From positions 1,184,001 through 1,248,000 of the forward strand of contig CAXXWC010000021.1 of assembly GCA_963668645.2 (NCBI GenBank): DNA of 64,000 nucleotides, in the 5' to 3' direction. The translations under genes and the position numbers were made by a program. The notes below the pieces were generated by a model, which had not been told where the DNA came from, made no database searches, and saw only the letters and a program-made list of their open reading frames with translations. The DNA comes from Desulfobacterales bacterium. Its GTDB lineage: Bacteria > Desulfobacterota > Desulfobacteria > Desulfobacterales > UBA2174. Shown here piece by piece: positions 1 to 12,530 of the stretch (the first letter of the stretch is position 1; every line of letters starts with the position of its first letter).

Positions 1-79
1 GCAGGATCACCACATGGTTGCGGATGCCCACCCGGCCGTTTTCGCGCCGGTAGGCCATTACCTTGGGAGTCGTCGTCAT
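1..79 (-). CDS. suyB: UxaA-family dehydratase large subunit, probable (2R)-sulfolactate sulfo-lyase beta subunit (5' end only, runs off the window)
   Basis: ATG at 79 reads MTTTPKVMAYRRENGRVGIRNHVVIL, the typical UxaA/SuyB N-terminus (YRRxNGRVGxRNHV); lies directly downstream of the suyA-like gene. Confidence 0.8.
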   Translation of the reverse strand, partial: MTTTPKVMAYRRENGRVGIRNHVVIL

Positions 80-82
80 TTG

Positions 83-361
83 CTACCACCTCCTGGTCTT
101 CAGATTGTGGACGTGAACGTGGTCGCCCTTTTCAAAAGCCGCCACCACCCGACCGATATCGTGACCGTACTTGATCACGCCCTCGTCCACCGCGCGGGCC
201 TTGAGCGCAATCTTGTGGCCCAGAGGAATGTCGTGGTTGGCCTTGACCCGGACCGCCTGCTGGCTGTCCATGAAAAGGCCTTCGGCCGTTTCACCGGCCT
301 TGATTTCCACCGTAGCCACACCTACGGTGTCTGCCTGCTCGTGCACCAAGAACTGAATCAT
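83..361 (-). CDS. suyA: SAF-domain small subunit, probable (2R)-sulfolactate sulfo-lyase alpha subunit
   Basis: 92 aa with DTVGVA...IPLGHKIAL...VIKYGHDIG...HVHVHNLKTRRW; RBS AAGGAGG; hps cluster context. Confidence 0.85.
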   Translation of the reverse strand: MIQFLVHEQADTVGVATVEIKAGETAEGLFMDSQQAVRVKANHDIPLGHKIALKARAVDEGVIKYGHDIGRVVAAFEKGDHVHVHNLKTRRW

Positions 362-542
362 CGGTTAAGCCTCCTTGGATGATGAGATAATGTCTGGTCC
401 AATCATTGCCATCACTGACACGCCTGCCCTGAATGTTTGCCAACAAGCCTTCCTTGAGCATCCATTCGAAATTCGCATCGACGCAATCCGCCGGGCGGCG
501 ACCTGGATCGATCACGGCTGCCATTCAAGGGGATGCCTGCCG

Positions 543-1538
543 TCATTCCGGTCGCAGCACAATCTTGGCCGCCGCCGTGCGACCACAATCCAGGTCGTCG
601 AAGGATCGAGGCCCGTCGGCCAGCGGCCGGTCCTCCACCCAGGCCAGATCCCCCAAAAGTCCTTGAGCCAAGGCGTCAGCCGCGGCCATGAAATCGGCCC
701 GGCTGTAGCAGTAAACCCCTTGCAGCATGACCTCCATGAGGGTGATTTTGCGCATGTCCAACCCCTCGGCGCTGTCCATCAATCCGATGTGAACCAGCAC
801 ACCGCCGGGGCTGACGGCGTACGATGCCAAACGCCGGGTCACCCCTGCGCCCACCGCGTCGATCACCAGGGGAAAGGCCCCCTCGTCCAGCGGGGAGTCG
901 TGGAACGGGTCGTGGACGGCGCAGTCGCACCAGCGCGCGGCGGCCTCGCGCCGCAGCGGATTGCTTTCGGCCACCGTGACGCCGCCGGCCCCAGAGCCTT
1001 TGAGCAAAAGGGCCGTGAGAAGCCCTACCGCCCCTGCGCCGATGACCAGCACGGACTGTTCGGCCAGGGGACGAAGCGACAGTTTCCTGGCCAGGTTCAA
1101 GGCGTGCAGGGCGGTTGCCGCCGGCTCTGTCAGGGCGGCCTTCTCGAAGGGAAGTTGCGCCGGCATCGGCACCAGATTGCGCTTGGGGATGCACACGTAT
1201 TCGGCAAAGGCCCCGGCCAGGCGCATACCGATCAACTCCCGGGTCTTGCACAGGTTGTTGCGCCCCTGGTCACAAAATACGCAGTGTCCGCAGGTGATCA
1301 GGGGGTTGATCACCACGGCCTCGCCGCGACGCGACCCGCTGGCCACCGTCCCGGCGGCCTCATGGCCGAGGATCAGCGGGGGCACCCGCCGCGGATCGTG
1401 CCCGTGATAGGCATGCAAGTCCGAACCGCAGATACCCACCGCCTTGACCCGCACCAGCACCTCACCGTCCGCGGGCACCGGTTCCGGCGCCTCTCGAAAC
1501 TCCATATGATCCGGTCGGGTAAATACCAGGGCTTTCAT
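543..1538 (-). CDS. hpsP: Zn-dependent (MDR) alcohol dehydrogenase, probable DHPS 2-dehydrogenase HpsP
   Basis: GICGSD, GHE, CxxCxxC...C structural Zn site, GAGAVG NAD motif; position after hpsN-hpsO. Confidence 0.75.
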   Translation of the reverse strand: MKALVFTRPDHMEFREAPEPVPADGEVLVRVKAVGICGSDLHAYHGHDPRRVPPLILGHEAAGTVASGSRRGEAVVINPLITCGHCVFCDQGRNNLCKTRELIGMRLAGAFAEYVCIPKRNLVPMPAQLPFEKAALTEPAATALHALNLARKLSLRPLAEQSVLVIGAGAVGLLTALLLKGSGAGGVTVAESNPLRREAAARWCDCAVHDPFHDSPLDEGAFPLVIDAVGAGVTRRLASYAVSPGGVLVHIGLMDSAEGLDMRKITLMEVMLQGVYCYSRADFMAAADALAQGLLGDLAWVEDRPLADGPRSFDDLDCGRTAAAKIVLRPE

Positions 1539-1560
1539 GGGCGGGTCCTTTCTGTTGCCT

Positions 1561-4701
<3,141 letters not shown>

Positions 4702-4783
4702 CGCCCCCTCCGCATTATTGTTCTCGGTTTCATTTATATTTTTGTTTAATTTTAAATTGTTATATATGTTTTACAACAAGTTT

Positions 4784-4799
4784 ATGTAACCGGTTACAT
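4784..4799. promoter_or_regulatory. Perfect 16-bp palindrome ATGTAACCGGTTACAT, LacI-family operator
   Basis: Exact palindrome with central CG in the AT-rich region upstream of the LacI gene; TTGACA on the minus strand at 4828-4823 lies just upstream. Confidence 0.75.
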
Positions 4800-4960
4800 T
4801 TTTAATTCAAGTTCCCCGGCCCTGTCAACCCTAAAAATCGCCCGCCGCGAATTTTCGGTGAATGTTTGTCGTGGCCGGCCATTATCGCCGGATCGGAGGA
4901 CTTTTGGGATGGGTCGAGATGTGGAAGGGGTACACGGAAGTTTTTTAGGACGTCACCGAT

Positions 4961-5866
4961 CTAAACGGCGACCATCAGCCAAGCAATGTAGGTCACCGAC
5001 GAAAGCAGGGTGCTCAACGAAATCGCCGCGGCCGCCAGGTCCGGATCCCCACCCATTTCCCGTCCCATGACGTAAGCCACGGTGGCCGTGGGCGAGGCGA
5101 GCAGAATCAGTGCCGGTAGATATCCGGTCGGCGGCACGGCCGTCCATTTCCAGACGACCAGGGCTAACCCCGGAATCACCCCAAGCTTGATGGCGCTGGC
5201 GGCCAGGGACGGCACCAGTGCGGCCCGGATCTGGGCCGGTGAAAGGGTGGCGCCGATCACCAGCAGGGCCAGGGGCAGGGCCATCCTGGCAACGATGTCC
5301 AGGCTGCGATCCGCGACGGCCGGCAGCCGCAGCCCCAGCGCCGAAAAAGCGATCCCCAGCAACGATGCCACGATCACCGGATTGCCCATCACACGGTGCA
5401 ACCGCTGGACCAGCGAAACCTGCCGGCCGGCGGACAGGGTCACCACGGCCAGCAGGTTCTGCCAAATCATGATAAAGCCGGCCAGGATGCTGGCCCGTCC
5501 CAGGCCGTCATCGCCCAGGGAAAAATAGACCACGGCCAAGCCGATGTAGCCCACGTTGGCATGAAAAGCACACTGGCGAAAACTGGCCTGCCTTGCCGGC
5601 CCGGAGGCCAGCCGGCCGGCCACCAGGCCGGACACTAAAAATCCTGCCGCCACAGCCCCCAGGGTCACGGCCAGCACCGGCAGGTGAAACTGGTGACGCA
5701 GACTGCCGCCGGCAATGGCCCGGAAGATCATCGCCGGAATGGCCAAGTGATAGACTAGGCGGTTGGCCGGTCCGAGAAAGCCGGCCGGCAGGTATCCCCG
5801 TTGCCCGGCCAAAAGTCCGAGTCCGATAACGATAAAAATCGGGAAAATGGTTTCCGACAGGGGCAT
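4961..5866 (-). CDS. AEC (auxin efflux carrier) family transporter
   Basis: Hydrophobic ~301 aa; IFPIF..IGLG, NRLVYHLAIPA, NVGYIGL, NPVIVA, PLALLVIG, PTA motifs; start moved to ATG 5866. Confidence 0.85.
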   Translation of the reverse strand: MPLSETIFPIFIVIGLGLLAGQRGYLPAGFLGPANRLVYHLAIPAMIFRAIAGGSLRHQFHLPVLAVTLGAVAAGFLVSGLVAGRLASGPARQASFRQCAFHANVGYIGLAVVYFSLGDDGLGRASILAGFIMIWQNLLAVVTLSAGRQVSLVQRLHRVMGNPVIVASLLGIAFSALGLRLPAVADRSLDIVARMALPLALLVIGATLSPAQIRAALVPSLAASAIKLGVIPGLALVVWKWTAVPPTGYLPALILLASPTATVAYVMGREMGGDPDLAAAAISLSTLLSSVTYIAWLMVAV

Positions 5867-6047
5867 CTTGAGTACCGTCGGCCGCGCACCGCCCGCTTGA
5901 CTTTGGCCGCTAAAGATTTTTAAAGTAGGCTCAATGCAAACAAGACGAGCCCAGCGCAGCGTGCCATGGCGCGTCCATAAGGCACCCGGAACAACAGATT
6001 GATCCATACCAGACGGCGCAACATTTTTCGAGCCCGGCGATCCTTCA

Positions 6048-6281
6048 ATGACCGACCGCATCCAAATCCACTGTTATGCCAGTCTCAAACCCCTCGAACC
6101 ACCCGACGCGACCGCGCATCCCATCACCACCGGCACCACGGTGGGCCACCTGCTCAGCAGCCTGGGAATCGTTCCCGGTCAGATCAAGCTGATCTTCGTC
6201 AACGGCCGCCGCGCCGCTCCCGAGACGGTCCTGAACCACGGTGACCGCCTCGGCCTCTTTCCGCCCGTGGGCGGCGGGTGA
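6048..6281 (+). CDS. MoaD/ThiS family sulfur-carrier protein
   Basis: 77 aa, FVNG...L..GDRLGLFPPVGGG C-terminal di-glycine. Confidence 0.85.
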   Translation: MTDRIQIHCYASLKPLEPPDATAHPITTGTTVGHLLSSLGIVPGQIKLIFVNGRRAAPETVLNHGDRLGLFPPVGGG

Positions 6282-7180
6282 CGGCACAGACCGGCCCCCG
6301 GAGAAAGGCTCGCCCCATGCAATCCTTTTTACTCAGCGCTGTTCGCCGGGCAACCGTGACGTCCCGGCGCCCGGATGGCACCCCTTACCAGGCCTTACCC
6401 CATTGCGAAACCCTGGCTATCGCCAGGCGCAGCGGTGCTGCGGTGCGCCTGGTTGAAATGGCGGCCCTGGCAGACGGGATCCTTCCCCGGCGCTACGCCC
6501 GCAATACCGCCAGCCTCGATGCGACCCAGCAAGCCAGACTCCTCGCATCCCGGGTGGCACTGGTCGGCTTGGGGGGCCTGGGCGGGCCGCTGGTGGAAAT
6601 CCTGGCCCGGCTCGGCGTCGGGCTGATGACCCTTGTCGATGGGGACGACTTCGAGGAGACCAACCTCAACCGCCAACTGCTGTGTACCGGCCGGAATCTG
6701 GGCACCTCCAAGGTCCTGAGCGCCGGCCGGCACCTGAGCCGGATCAATCCGGCGGTGGAAGCCCGCCTGGAACGCCGCCGTCTGACGGCCGAAAACGCCG
6801 TCGATCTGCTGCAAGGCGCCGACCTGGCCATGGACTGCCTCGACAACCTGCCGGACCGCTTCGTTCTGGAAGCCGCGGCGCGCCGGTCGGCCATCCCCCT
6901 CGTATCGGCCGCCGCGGGAGGGGCCAGCGGCCAACTGACTGTCGTATACCCCCAGGATCCTCCTGATCTTGGTTTATACGCCGTTTACGGACCGCCGCAA
7001 AACGCGCCCCGCTTTGGTGCCGAGGCCCGGCTCGGCACCCTGCCCCAGGCCGTATGGACCCTGGCCAGCCTGGCGGCCAGCGAAGCACTGAAAATACTTC
7101 TGCAAACCGGCAGCGGCCTGCACCGTCAGCTGCTGATCTTCGATTTGATGGACAACCGGTTCGAGGTGGCCGAACTGTAA
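6278..7180 (+). CDS. ThiF/MoeB/HesA family adenylyltransferase
   Basis: RYARN, GLGGLG, DGDDFEETNLNRQ, DCLDN; coupled to the MoaD/ThiS gene (start could be 6317). Confidence 0.85.
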   Translation: MTAQTGPRRKARPMQSFLLSAVRRATVTSRRPDGTPYQALPHCETLAIARRSGAAVRLVEMAALADGILPRRYARNTASLDATQQARLLASRVALVGLGGLGGPLVEILARLGVGLMTLVDGDDFEETNLNRQLLCTGRNLGTSKVLSAGRHLSRINPAVEARLERRRLTAENAVDLLQGADLAMDCLDNLPDRFVLEAAARRSAIPLVSAAAGGASGQLTVVYPQDPPDLGLYAVYGPPQNAPRFGAEARLGTLPQAVWTLASLAASEALKILLQTGSGLHRQLLIFDLMDNRFEVAEL

Positions 7181-7302
7181 AACCCAGAACACGGGCCGGC
7201 CTAGCCCCATGGCACCCTTTCCCGCCCGCTCAAATCGCCGCTGCCGGCAATTTTCCTGGACCACGCAGCGGCTTTTCCGGTGCCGGATAGATCAAAAAAC
7301 GG

Positions 7303-8070
7303 CTAGCCGGCGGCTGCCAGCAGCGCAGCCCCTACGGCGCCGTTGACCTGGGCCTGATCGGTAACGGCCACCGCGTGGCCGATCTGCCGTGCCAGAGCCC
7401 GCACCACCCCTCGATTGAGCGCCACCCCACCGGTCATCATCACCGGCGGCACCACCCCCACCCGGCGGGCCATGGTCGCCACCCGCGAGGCGATGGCCTC
7501 GTGAATCCCTGCGATGATGTTGGCCCGCGCTTCGCCCCGGGCGATGAGGCTGATCACCTCCGATTCGGCGAAGACCGTACACAGGCTGCTGATCGCTGCC
7601 GGCCGCTCAGCGCTCAGGGCCATGTCTCCGAAAGCGTCCAGATCCACTTCCAGGGCCCGCGCCATGACCTCCAAAAAGCGCCCAGTGCCTGCGGCGCACT
7701 TGTCGTTCATGACGAAATCGCGCACCCGGCCGCTTTCGTCCAGGGCGATGGCCTTGCTGTCCTGGCCCCCTATATCGATGACGCAGCGCACCGCCGGATC
7801 GGCATAGTGGGCCCCGGCCGCATGGCAGGTGATCTCGGTCACCGCCCGTTCGGCGAAGCCGACGCTGTTGCGCCCGTACCCGGTGGCCACGATGCGCGCC
7901 ACGTCCGAAGCGCGCCGCCCGGCGCCAGAAACCACCGCCTCGAAAACCTCTTCGGCCGCCTTGCGCGCGTTGTAACCGGTGGCGATCACCTTTACGGCGA
8001 GAATCCGTCCTGCCTCCAAAAGGGCCGCCTTGGTCGAGATGGAGCCCACATCGATGCCTGCCGTGATCAT
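7303..8070 (-). CDS. hgdC: 2-hydroxyacyl-CoA dehydratase activator (HgdC/BadG-type ATPase)
   Basis: GIDVGS, ATGYGR, EITCHA, DIGGQDSK, MNDKCAAGTGRF, CTVFAESE, GGVA; start ATG 8070. Confidence 0.88.
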   Translation of the reverse strand: MITAGIDVGSISTKAALLEAGRILAVKVIATGYNARKAAEEVFEAVVSGAGRRASDVARIVATGYGRNSVGFAERAVTEITCHAAGAHYADPAVRCVIDIGGQDSKAIALDESGRVRDFVMNDKCAAGTGRFLEVMARALEVDLDAFGDMALSAERPAAISSLCTVFAESEVISLIARGEARANIIAGIHEAIASRVATMARRVGVVPPVMMTGGVALNRGVVRALARQIGHAVAVTDQAQVNGAVGAALLAAAG

Positions 8071-9326
8071 GGCTGCTTGGAATCCTTTCTTTCCTTGACC
8101 ATCTCCATAAAGGCATCGATACGCGTTTCGACCTGTCCTTCGGCAAAGGCCCGCGGATCGACCATGTCGGCCTCGATCATCAGGGTCGGCAGGCCGCGCC
8201 GGTCCGCTACGATGCGCTGGATATCGTACTGGCCCAGCGAATAGGGCTTGCATGAACGGTTGGAATGCATCACCAGCCCGTCCACCTGGTACTTGTCGAT
8301 CATCTCCACCACGCTGGCCGCCATCCGGTCGATACCCAGGTTGAGATAGATCCGGGTGTAGCCGTCGGCCATGGAGCGCAAAAAATCGCTCTCATCTAGG
8401 TAGGGCAGGGAGCTGCACCAGGCTGAAGTGTAGGTATCGGCCACCAGGCAGGCCCCGTGGGCCGCGAAACGCTCGGAAAGCCAGCGGGTGCGATACCAGA
8501 TCGGCAGATTGTCCCAAAGCAGGCGGTAACGTTCATCGGCCACCGCCGCGATCCCCTCGTCGATGCGCTGGCGCATCTCGGCCAGCAGTTCACCGTAGTA
8601 GTCCACTGCGGTTTGGGTCCCGCGCAGGGTCACGATCAGGGCCAGGTGAAAAAAGGCGTCAAAGGCACTCAGGGGAGCCGGCCGGTGGGCGGCGGTATCC
8701 AGCACGGCCTGCCAGAGGCGTTGCGCCTCGATGGAAAGCCGGCCCACGGCCGCCATCCGCTCCAGGTCCATGGGCCGGCCGCAGGCGGCTTCCAGAAAAC
8801 GGATGTACTCTTGAATCTGGCCCTGCACATACCGGCGCACGGCATCGGAGCACCCGGTGTGGCAGATGGGGGTATCGAGGATGAAAAGGGGCACATCGAG
8901 GCTCCGGGCCTGAATCTCGTACCACTTGAGCACCGTGCCGCAGATATTGTTGCAGCAAACGAGCATGTCGGGCCGCGGCAGTCCGCCGATGGGTCCCCCG
9001 TCGATGAGCGCGGCGGCGATGTCAGCCCGAGCGTAGGAGCACAGATCACTGCTGTAGCCCATGGCCTCGGCCTTCTCGCACAGATCCTGGCCCATCTTGG
9101 CCGCACCGATCATGGCCCCGTGGTTTTCCGGGTAGACCGGAATGACGTCCATGGCGATCAGCGGCTCCACCGGGCCGCCGCTGGTGATCCAGGCCACCTT
9201 GCGGCCGTTGTCGGCGGCGGTCTTGGCCTCGATGTAGTAGTGCGTCATGATTTCTTTCATGCGCGCCACGCACCGGATCTTGGCGGTCCGGCCGCCGGGG
9301 GTGGCAGTCTGGGAGGCGACGGTCAT
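8067..9326 (-). CDS. 2-hydroxyacyl-CoA dehydratase subunit (HgdA/FldB-like)
   Basis: YPEN, G(Y)SSDLCSY, NNIC, KWYE, SNRSCK, IEADMVD..QVETRIDAF; start ATG 9326 after GAGGAG. Confidence 0.85.
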   Translation of the reverse strand: MTVASQTATPGGRTAKIRCVARMKEIMTHYYIEAKTAADNGRKVAWITSGGPVEPLIAMDVIPVYPENHGAMIGAAKMGQDLCEKAEAMGYSSDLCSYARADIAAALIDGGPIGGLPRPDMLVCCNNICGTVLKWYEIQARSLDVPLFILDTPICHTGCSDAVRRYVQGQIQEYIRFLEAACGRPMDLERMAAVGRLSIEAQRLWQAVLDTAAHRPAPLSAFDAFFHLALIVTLRGTQTAVDYYGELLAEMRQRIDEGIAAVADERYRLLWDNLPIWYRTRWLSERFAAHGACLVADTYTSAWCSSLPYLDESDFLRSMADGYTRIYLNLGIDRMAASVVEMIDKYQVDGLVMHSNRSCKPYSLGQYDIQRIVADRRGLPTLMIEADMVDPRAFAEGQVETRIDAFMEMVKERKDSKQP

Positions 9327-9340
9327 GATCCAAGCTCCTC

Positions 9341-10471
9341 TTATAGCATCTCCACAAAGGCTTCCAGCCGGGTGCGCAGCTGGCCCTCGGCCGCATGGGC
9401 TTCTTGCAGTTCCACCATCAAAACCGGCACACCGGCCGCTTCCAGGCGCTGCTTGAGATAGGGATAGTCGAAAAGGTGGGGATCGCAAAATTTCAAATAA
9501 ACCAGAACCACGCCGTCGGCCGCAGTCCGCCGGACCGCACCGACCATGGCGTCGCCCCGCGACGTGATGCCGGCATGTTTGGCCGGGCAAACCGTGCGTT
9601 CAAGATAGCACCTGGCCAGGGCGCGCCAGATGTCGATGCCGGTATCGATTCGGCCCGCCGCGTAACGCGCGCCGGTGCACAGATCGTCGCCGACCACCAC
9701 GGCCCCGGCAGCCTCGATGTACCGGTGCAGATCGGGCAGGTCACAGACCCCTCCGGCCAGCAGGAGACGCTTCGGGGTGCCACCCGCGCCGGTCTCGATC
9801 CGGGCCGTGGAGCGAAGACCAGCCAGGAGTTTTTCCAGGGCGTCGGCCAGCTCATGGCGGTCCATGACATGGCTGGCGCGCAGCACCGAAAACAGATCGT
9901 CGCCGGTGATGCGCCCCGGCTGCCGGTGCAACAGTTCGTACAAGGCGCACAGGCTCTGGCGGATCCGGTTGTAAAGCCCTGCGGCAGCATCGAGGCCCGC
10001 CGCGTCCACCGATTTTCCAAAGGCGCCGGCCACCTGTGCCCCGAAGGCCTTGAGAATCTCCGCGGCATAATCTTCGGCCCCGGGCCGCAGCACCGTCACC
10101 GGCCATACCAGGTCGGCATGGAAACGATCCGGACCGAGCAGCCGCCATACATCGCTCAGACGCTGGATCGAATCGCAGGTATGGGGAAACACGCTGCCAT
10201 CGAGAAAGTCGAGGCACCCGGAACGCCGGTCGGCCAGGACCCCGCGCACCAGGCTGCAGCTATAGGCCTGAAGGTTGGCGTCGGCCTCCTGAAGGTTGCG
10301 GCCGGAACCCAAAAGCCGCAGGGGAAGTCCGCCGGCAGCGACGATGATCTCTTCGGGAGCATAGGAACAAAGGGTACCGATCACCGGGCCTGCGGTCCGC
10401 TGCCGCCATTGGCGGGCATAGGCCAACGGATGGTCGGCGATCTGGCGAAAAGGGGCATATAGATCGGCCAT
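9341..10471 (-). CDS. 2-hydroxyacyl-CoA dehydratase subunit (HgdB/FldC-like)
   Basis: CSYAPEEII.AAG, HTCDS, DDLCTG.RY, KFCDPHLFDYP, QLRTRLEAFVEML; start ATG 10471. Confidence 0.85.
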   Translation of the reverse strand: MADLYAPFRQIADHPLAYARQWRQRTAGPVIGTLCSYAPEEIIVAAGGLPLRLLGSGRNLQEADANLQAYSCSLVRGVLADRRSGCLDFLDGSVFPHTCDSIQRLSDVWRLLGPDRFHADLVWPVTVLRPGAEDYAAEILKAFGAQVAGAFGKSVDAAGLDAAAGLYNRIRQSLCALYELLHRQPGRITGDDLFSVLRASHVMDRHELADALEKLLAGLRSTARIETGAGGTPKRLLLAGGVCDLPDLHRYIEAAGAVVVGDDLCTGARYAAGRIDTGIDIWRALARCYLERTVCPAKHAGITSRGDAMVGAVRRTAADGVVLVYLKFCDPHLFDYPYLKQRLEAAGVPVLMVELQEAHAAEGQLRTRLEAFVEML

Positions 10472-10626
10472 GATTGAACTCCGCTTTTTGTTCAGCGGCC
10501 GCAAGCCGCAGGAGCAGTCGCGTCTATATAGCGAAGCTCGGTGGAGAGATCAACCCGGCCGCAACCGTGGGGCCACCCAAAGATGACGCGTTCAGACCTG
10601 GGGGTTATGGCGGATCTGATAATCTG

Positions 10627-10656
10627 TTGACATCCACAAGGTGCAATCCGTAATAT
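10627..10656 (+). promoter_or_regulatory. Putative sigma70 promoter of gcdA
   Basis: TTGACA-N18-TAATAT about 50 nt upstream of the ATG. Confidence 0.45.
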
Positions 10657-10708
10657 CGTCACGTCTTTCCCTCCGCTCGGCACCTTTAAATTCTGAAGGG
10701 AGCACTCA

Positions 10709-12442
10709 ATGAAGCCTTATTTTGCCAAGATGCCGATCCTCGGCAGGGCCCTGACCGAAGGCCAGCGCCTCGAAGGCGAGGAGAACCAGCAGGATTTCAA
10801 GACCGTCGAAGCAGAGGTCGCCGCCGCTGTCGAAGCGGTGCGCCAGGCCGGGTTTGCCCAAGAAAAAATCAACGCCCGCGGTCAGCTCACCGTCTGGCAG
10901 CGCCTCGAGGCCCTGATCGACCCGGGCACCTGGCAACCGCTGCACACCCTCTACAACCCGGACGAAAACCCCGAGGGGACCAACAATGTCATCGACGGCC
11001 TGGGTCGCATCGACGGCAAATGGGCCGTCATCATCGGTTTCGATAACAAAGTGCTCGCCGGGGCTTGGCTCTCGGGTCAAGCGGAAAACGTCCACCGGGT
11101 CACCGATCTTTCCCGGCGCCTCAACCTGCCCTTGGTCTGGCTGGTGAACTGCAGCGGGATAAAGCTTCCCGATCAGGAGAAATTTTACGGCGGCCGGCGC
11201 GGCGGCGGGACCACCTTCTTTCGCAACGCCGAGCTGCAGATCGCCGGCATTCCGCTGCTGGCGGCGATCTACGGCACCAATCCGGCCGGCGGCGGCTACC
11301 ACAGCATCAGTCCCACCCTGCTGCTGGCCCATAAGGAGGCCAATATGGCCGTGGGCGGAGGCGGGATCCTCTCGGGCATGTCGCCCAAGGGATACTTCGA
11401 CCTGGAAGGGGCCGAAGCCCTGATCCGCGCCGCTCAACAGTATCGGGCCGAACCGCCCGGTTCGGTGGCGATCCACCATGAAGCCACCGGCTTTATCCGC
11501 CAAGTCTACGATGACGAAAACGGGGTGATCCAGGGCATCCGCGAGTACATGCACGACATGCCCGGGTACAATCCACGCTTTTTCCGGGTGGCGGAACCCC
11601 AAGAGCCCCTCTTCCCTGCCGAGGATCTCTACCGGTTGCTGCCCTTCAACCAGAAACGGGCCTACGAATTCGAACAGGTCCTGGCGCGCCTGGTGGACGG
11701 CAGCCAGCACATGGAGTACCGCCCGGACTACGGCCCGGAAGTCTACACCGGCCTGTGCAAAATCGACGGCCTGCTGGTGGGCTGCATCGGCAACCGCCAG
11801 GGGATCCTGGCCGAGGGGTATCCCGAGTACGCCGATTACCCGGGCATCGGCGGCAAGCTTTACCGCCAGGGGCTGATCAAGATGAACGAATTTGTCACCT
11901 TCTGCGGCCGGGATCGCGTTCCGATCATCTGGTTCCAGGACACCACCGGCATCGACGTGGGCGACCTGGCGGAAAAGGCCGAGCTGCTCGGTCTGGGCCA
12001 AAGCCTGATCTATTCGATCCAGCAAACCGAGGTGCCGATGCTGCTGGTGGTCCTGCGCAAAGGATCGGCCGCTTCCCACTACATCATGGGCGGTCCCACC
12101 GCTACGCGCCACAACGCCTTCAGCCTCGGCACGGCCGCCAGTGAAATCTACGTCATGCATGGCGAGACCGCCGCCGCGGCCAGCTTCAGCCGGCGCCTGG
12201 TCAAGGAAAAACAGGCCGGCAGACCCCTGGAGCCGGTCATCGAGAAGATGAACCGTATGGCGGCGCAGTACCACGCCAATTCACGGCCGATCTTCTGCGC
12301 CCGCCAGGGCCTGCTTGATGAGGTGGTGGCCCTCGGGCGCCTGCGCTCGTATCTCAAGGCCTTTTGCGCCGCCGCCTACCAGAATCCGCGCAGCATCTGC
12401 GCCCATCACCAGATGCTCTTGCCGCGGGTGATTCGCGGATAG
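10709..12442 (+). CDS. gcdA: Glutaconyl-CoA decarboxylase alpha subunit (carboxyltransferase)
   Basis: 577 aa; DNKVLAGAW, GTNPAGGGY, ANMAVGG, GIGGKLYRQGLIKMNEFV, VMHGETAA, HHQMLLPR resemble GcdA. Confidence 0.82.
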   Translation: MKPYFAKMPILGRALTEGQRLEGEENQQDFKTVEAEVAAAVEAVRQAGFAQEKINARGQLTVWQRLEALIDPGTWQPLHTLYNPDENPEGTNNVIDGLGRIDGKWAVIIGFDNKVLAGAWLSGQAENVHRVTDLSRRLNLPLVWLVNCSGIKLPDQEKFYGGRRGGGTTFFRNAELQIAGIPLLAAIYGTNPAGGGYHSISPTLLLAHKEANMAVGGGGILSGMSPKGYFDLEGAEALIRAAQQYRAEPPGSVAIHHEATGFIRQVYDDENGVIQGIREYMHDMPGYNPRFFRVAEPQEPLFPAEDLYRLLPFNQKRAYEFEQVLARLVDGSQHMEYRPDYGPEVYTGLCKIDGLLVGCIGNRQGILAEGYPEYADYPGIGGKLYRQGLIKMNEFVTFCGRDRVPIIWFQDTTGIDVGDLAEKAELLGLGQSLIYSIQQTEVPMLLVVLRKGSAASHYIMGGPTATRHNAFSLGTAASEIYVMHGETAAAASFSRRLVKEKQAGRPLEPVIEKMNRMAAQYHANSRPIFCARQGLLDEVVALGRLRSYLKAFCAAAYQNPRSICAHHQMLLPRVIRG

Positions 12443-12471
12443 CGGATTTGAGATCGGGATTTTTTCGGATC

Positions 12472-12518
12472 CCGCATAAAAAAACGCGCCCTGATCAAGG
12501 GCGCGTTTTTTTATGCGG
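12472..12518. terminator. Bidirectional intrinsic terminator between convergent gcdA and rplQ
   Basis: CCGCATAAAAAAACGCGCCCT-GATCA-AGGGCGCGTTTTTTTATGCGG, 21-bp perfect inverted repeat with A7/T7 tracts. Confidence 0.9.
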
Positions 12519-12530
12519 TATTTTGATAGG

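Noticed and set aside
385..410. Possible GntR-like operator (ATGTCTGGTCCAATCAT) upstream of suyA
   Set aside because: Poor palindrome and no cognate regulator in the window.
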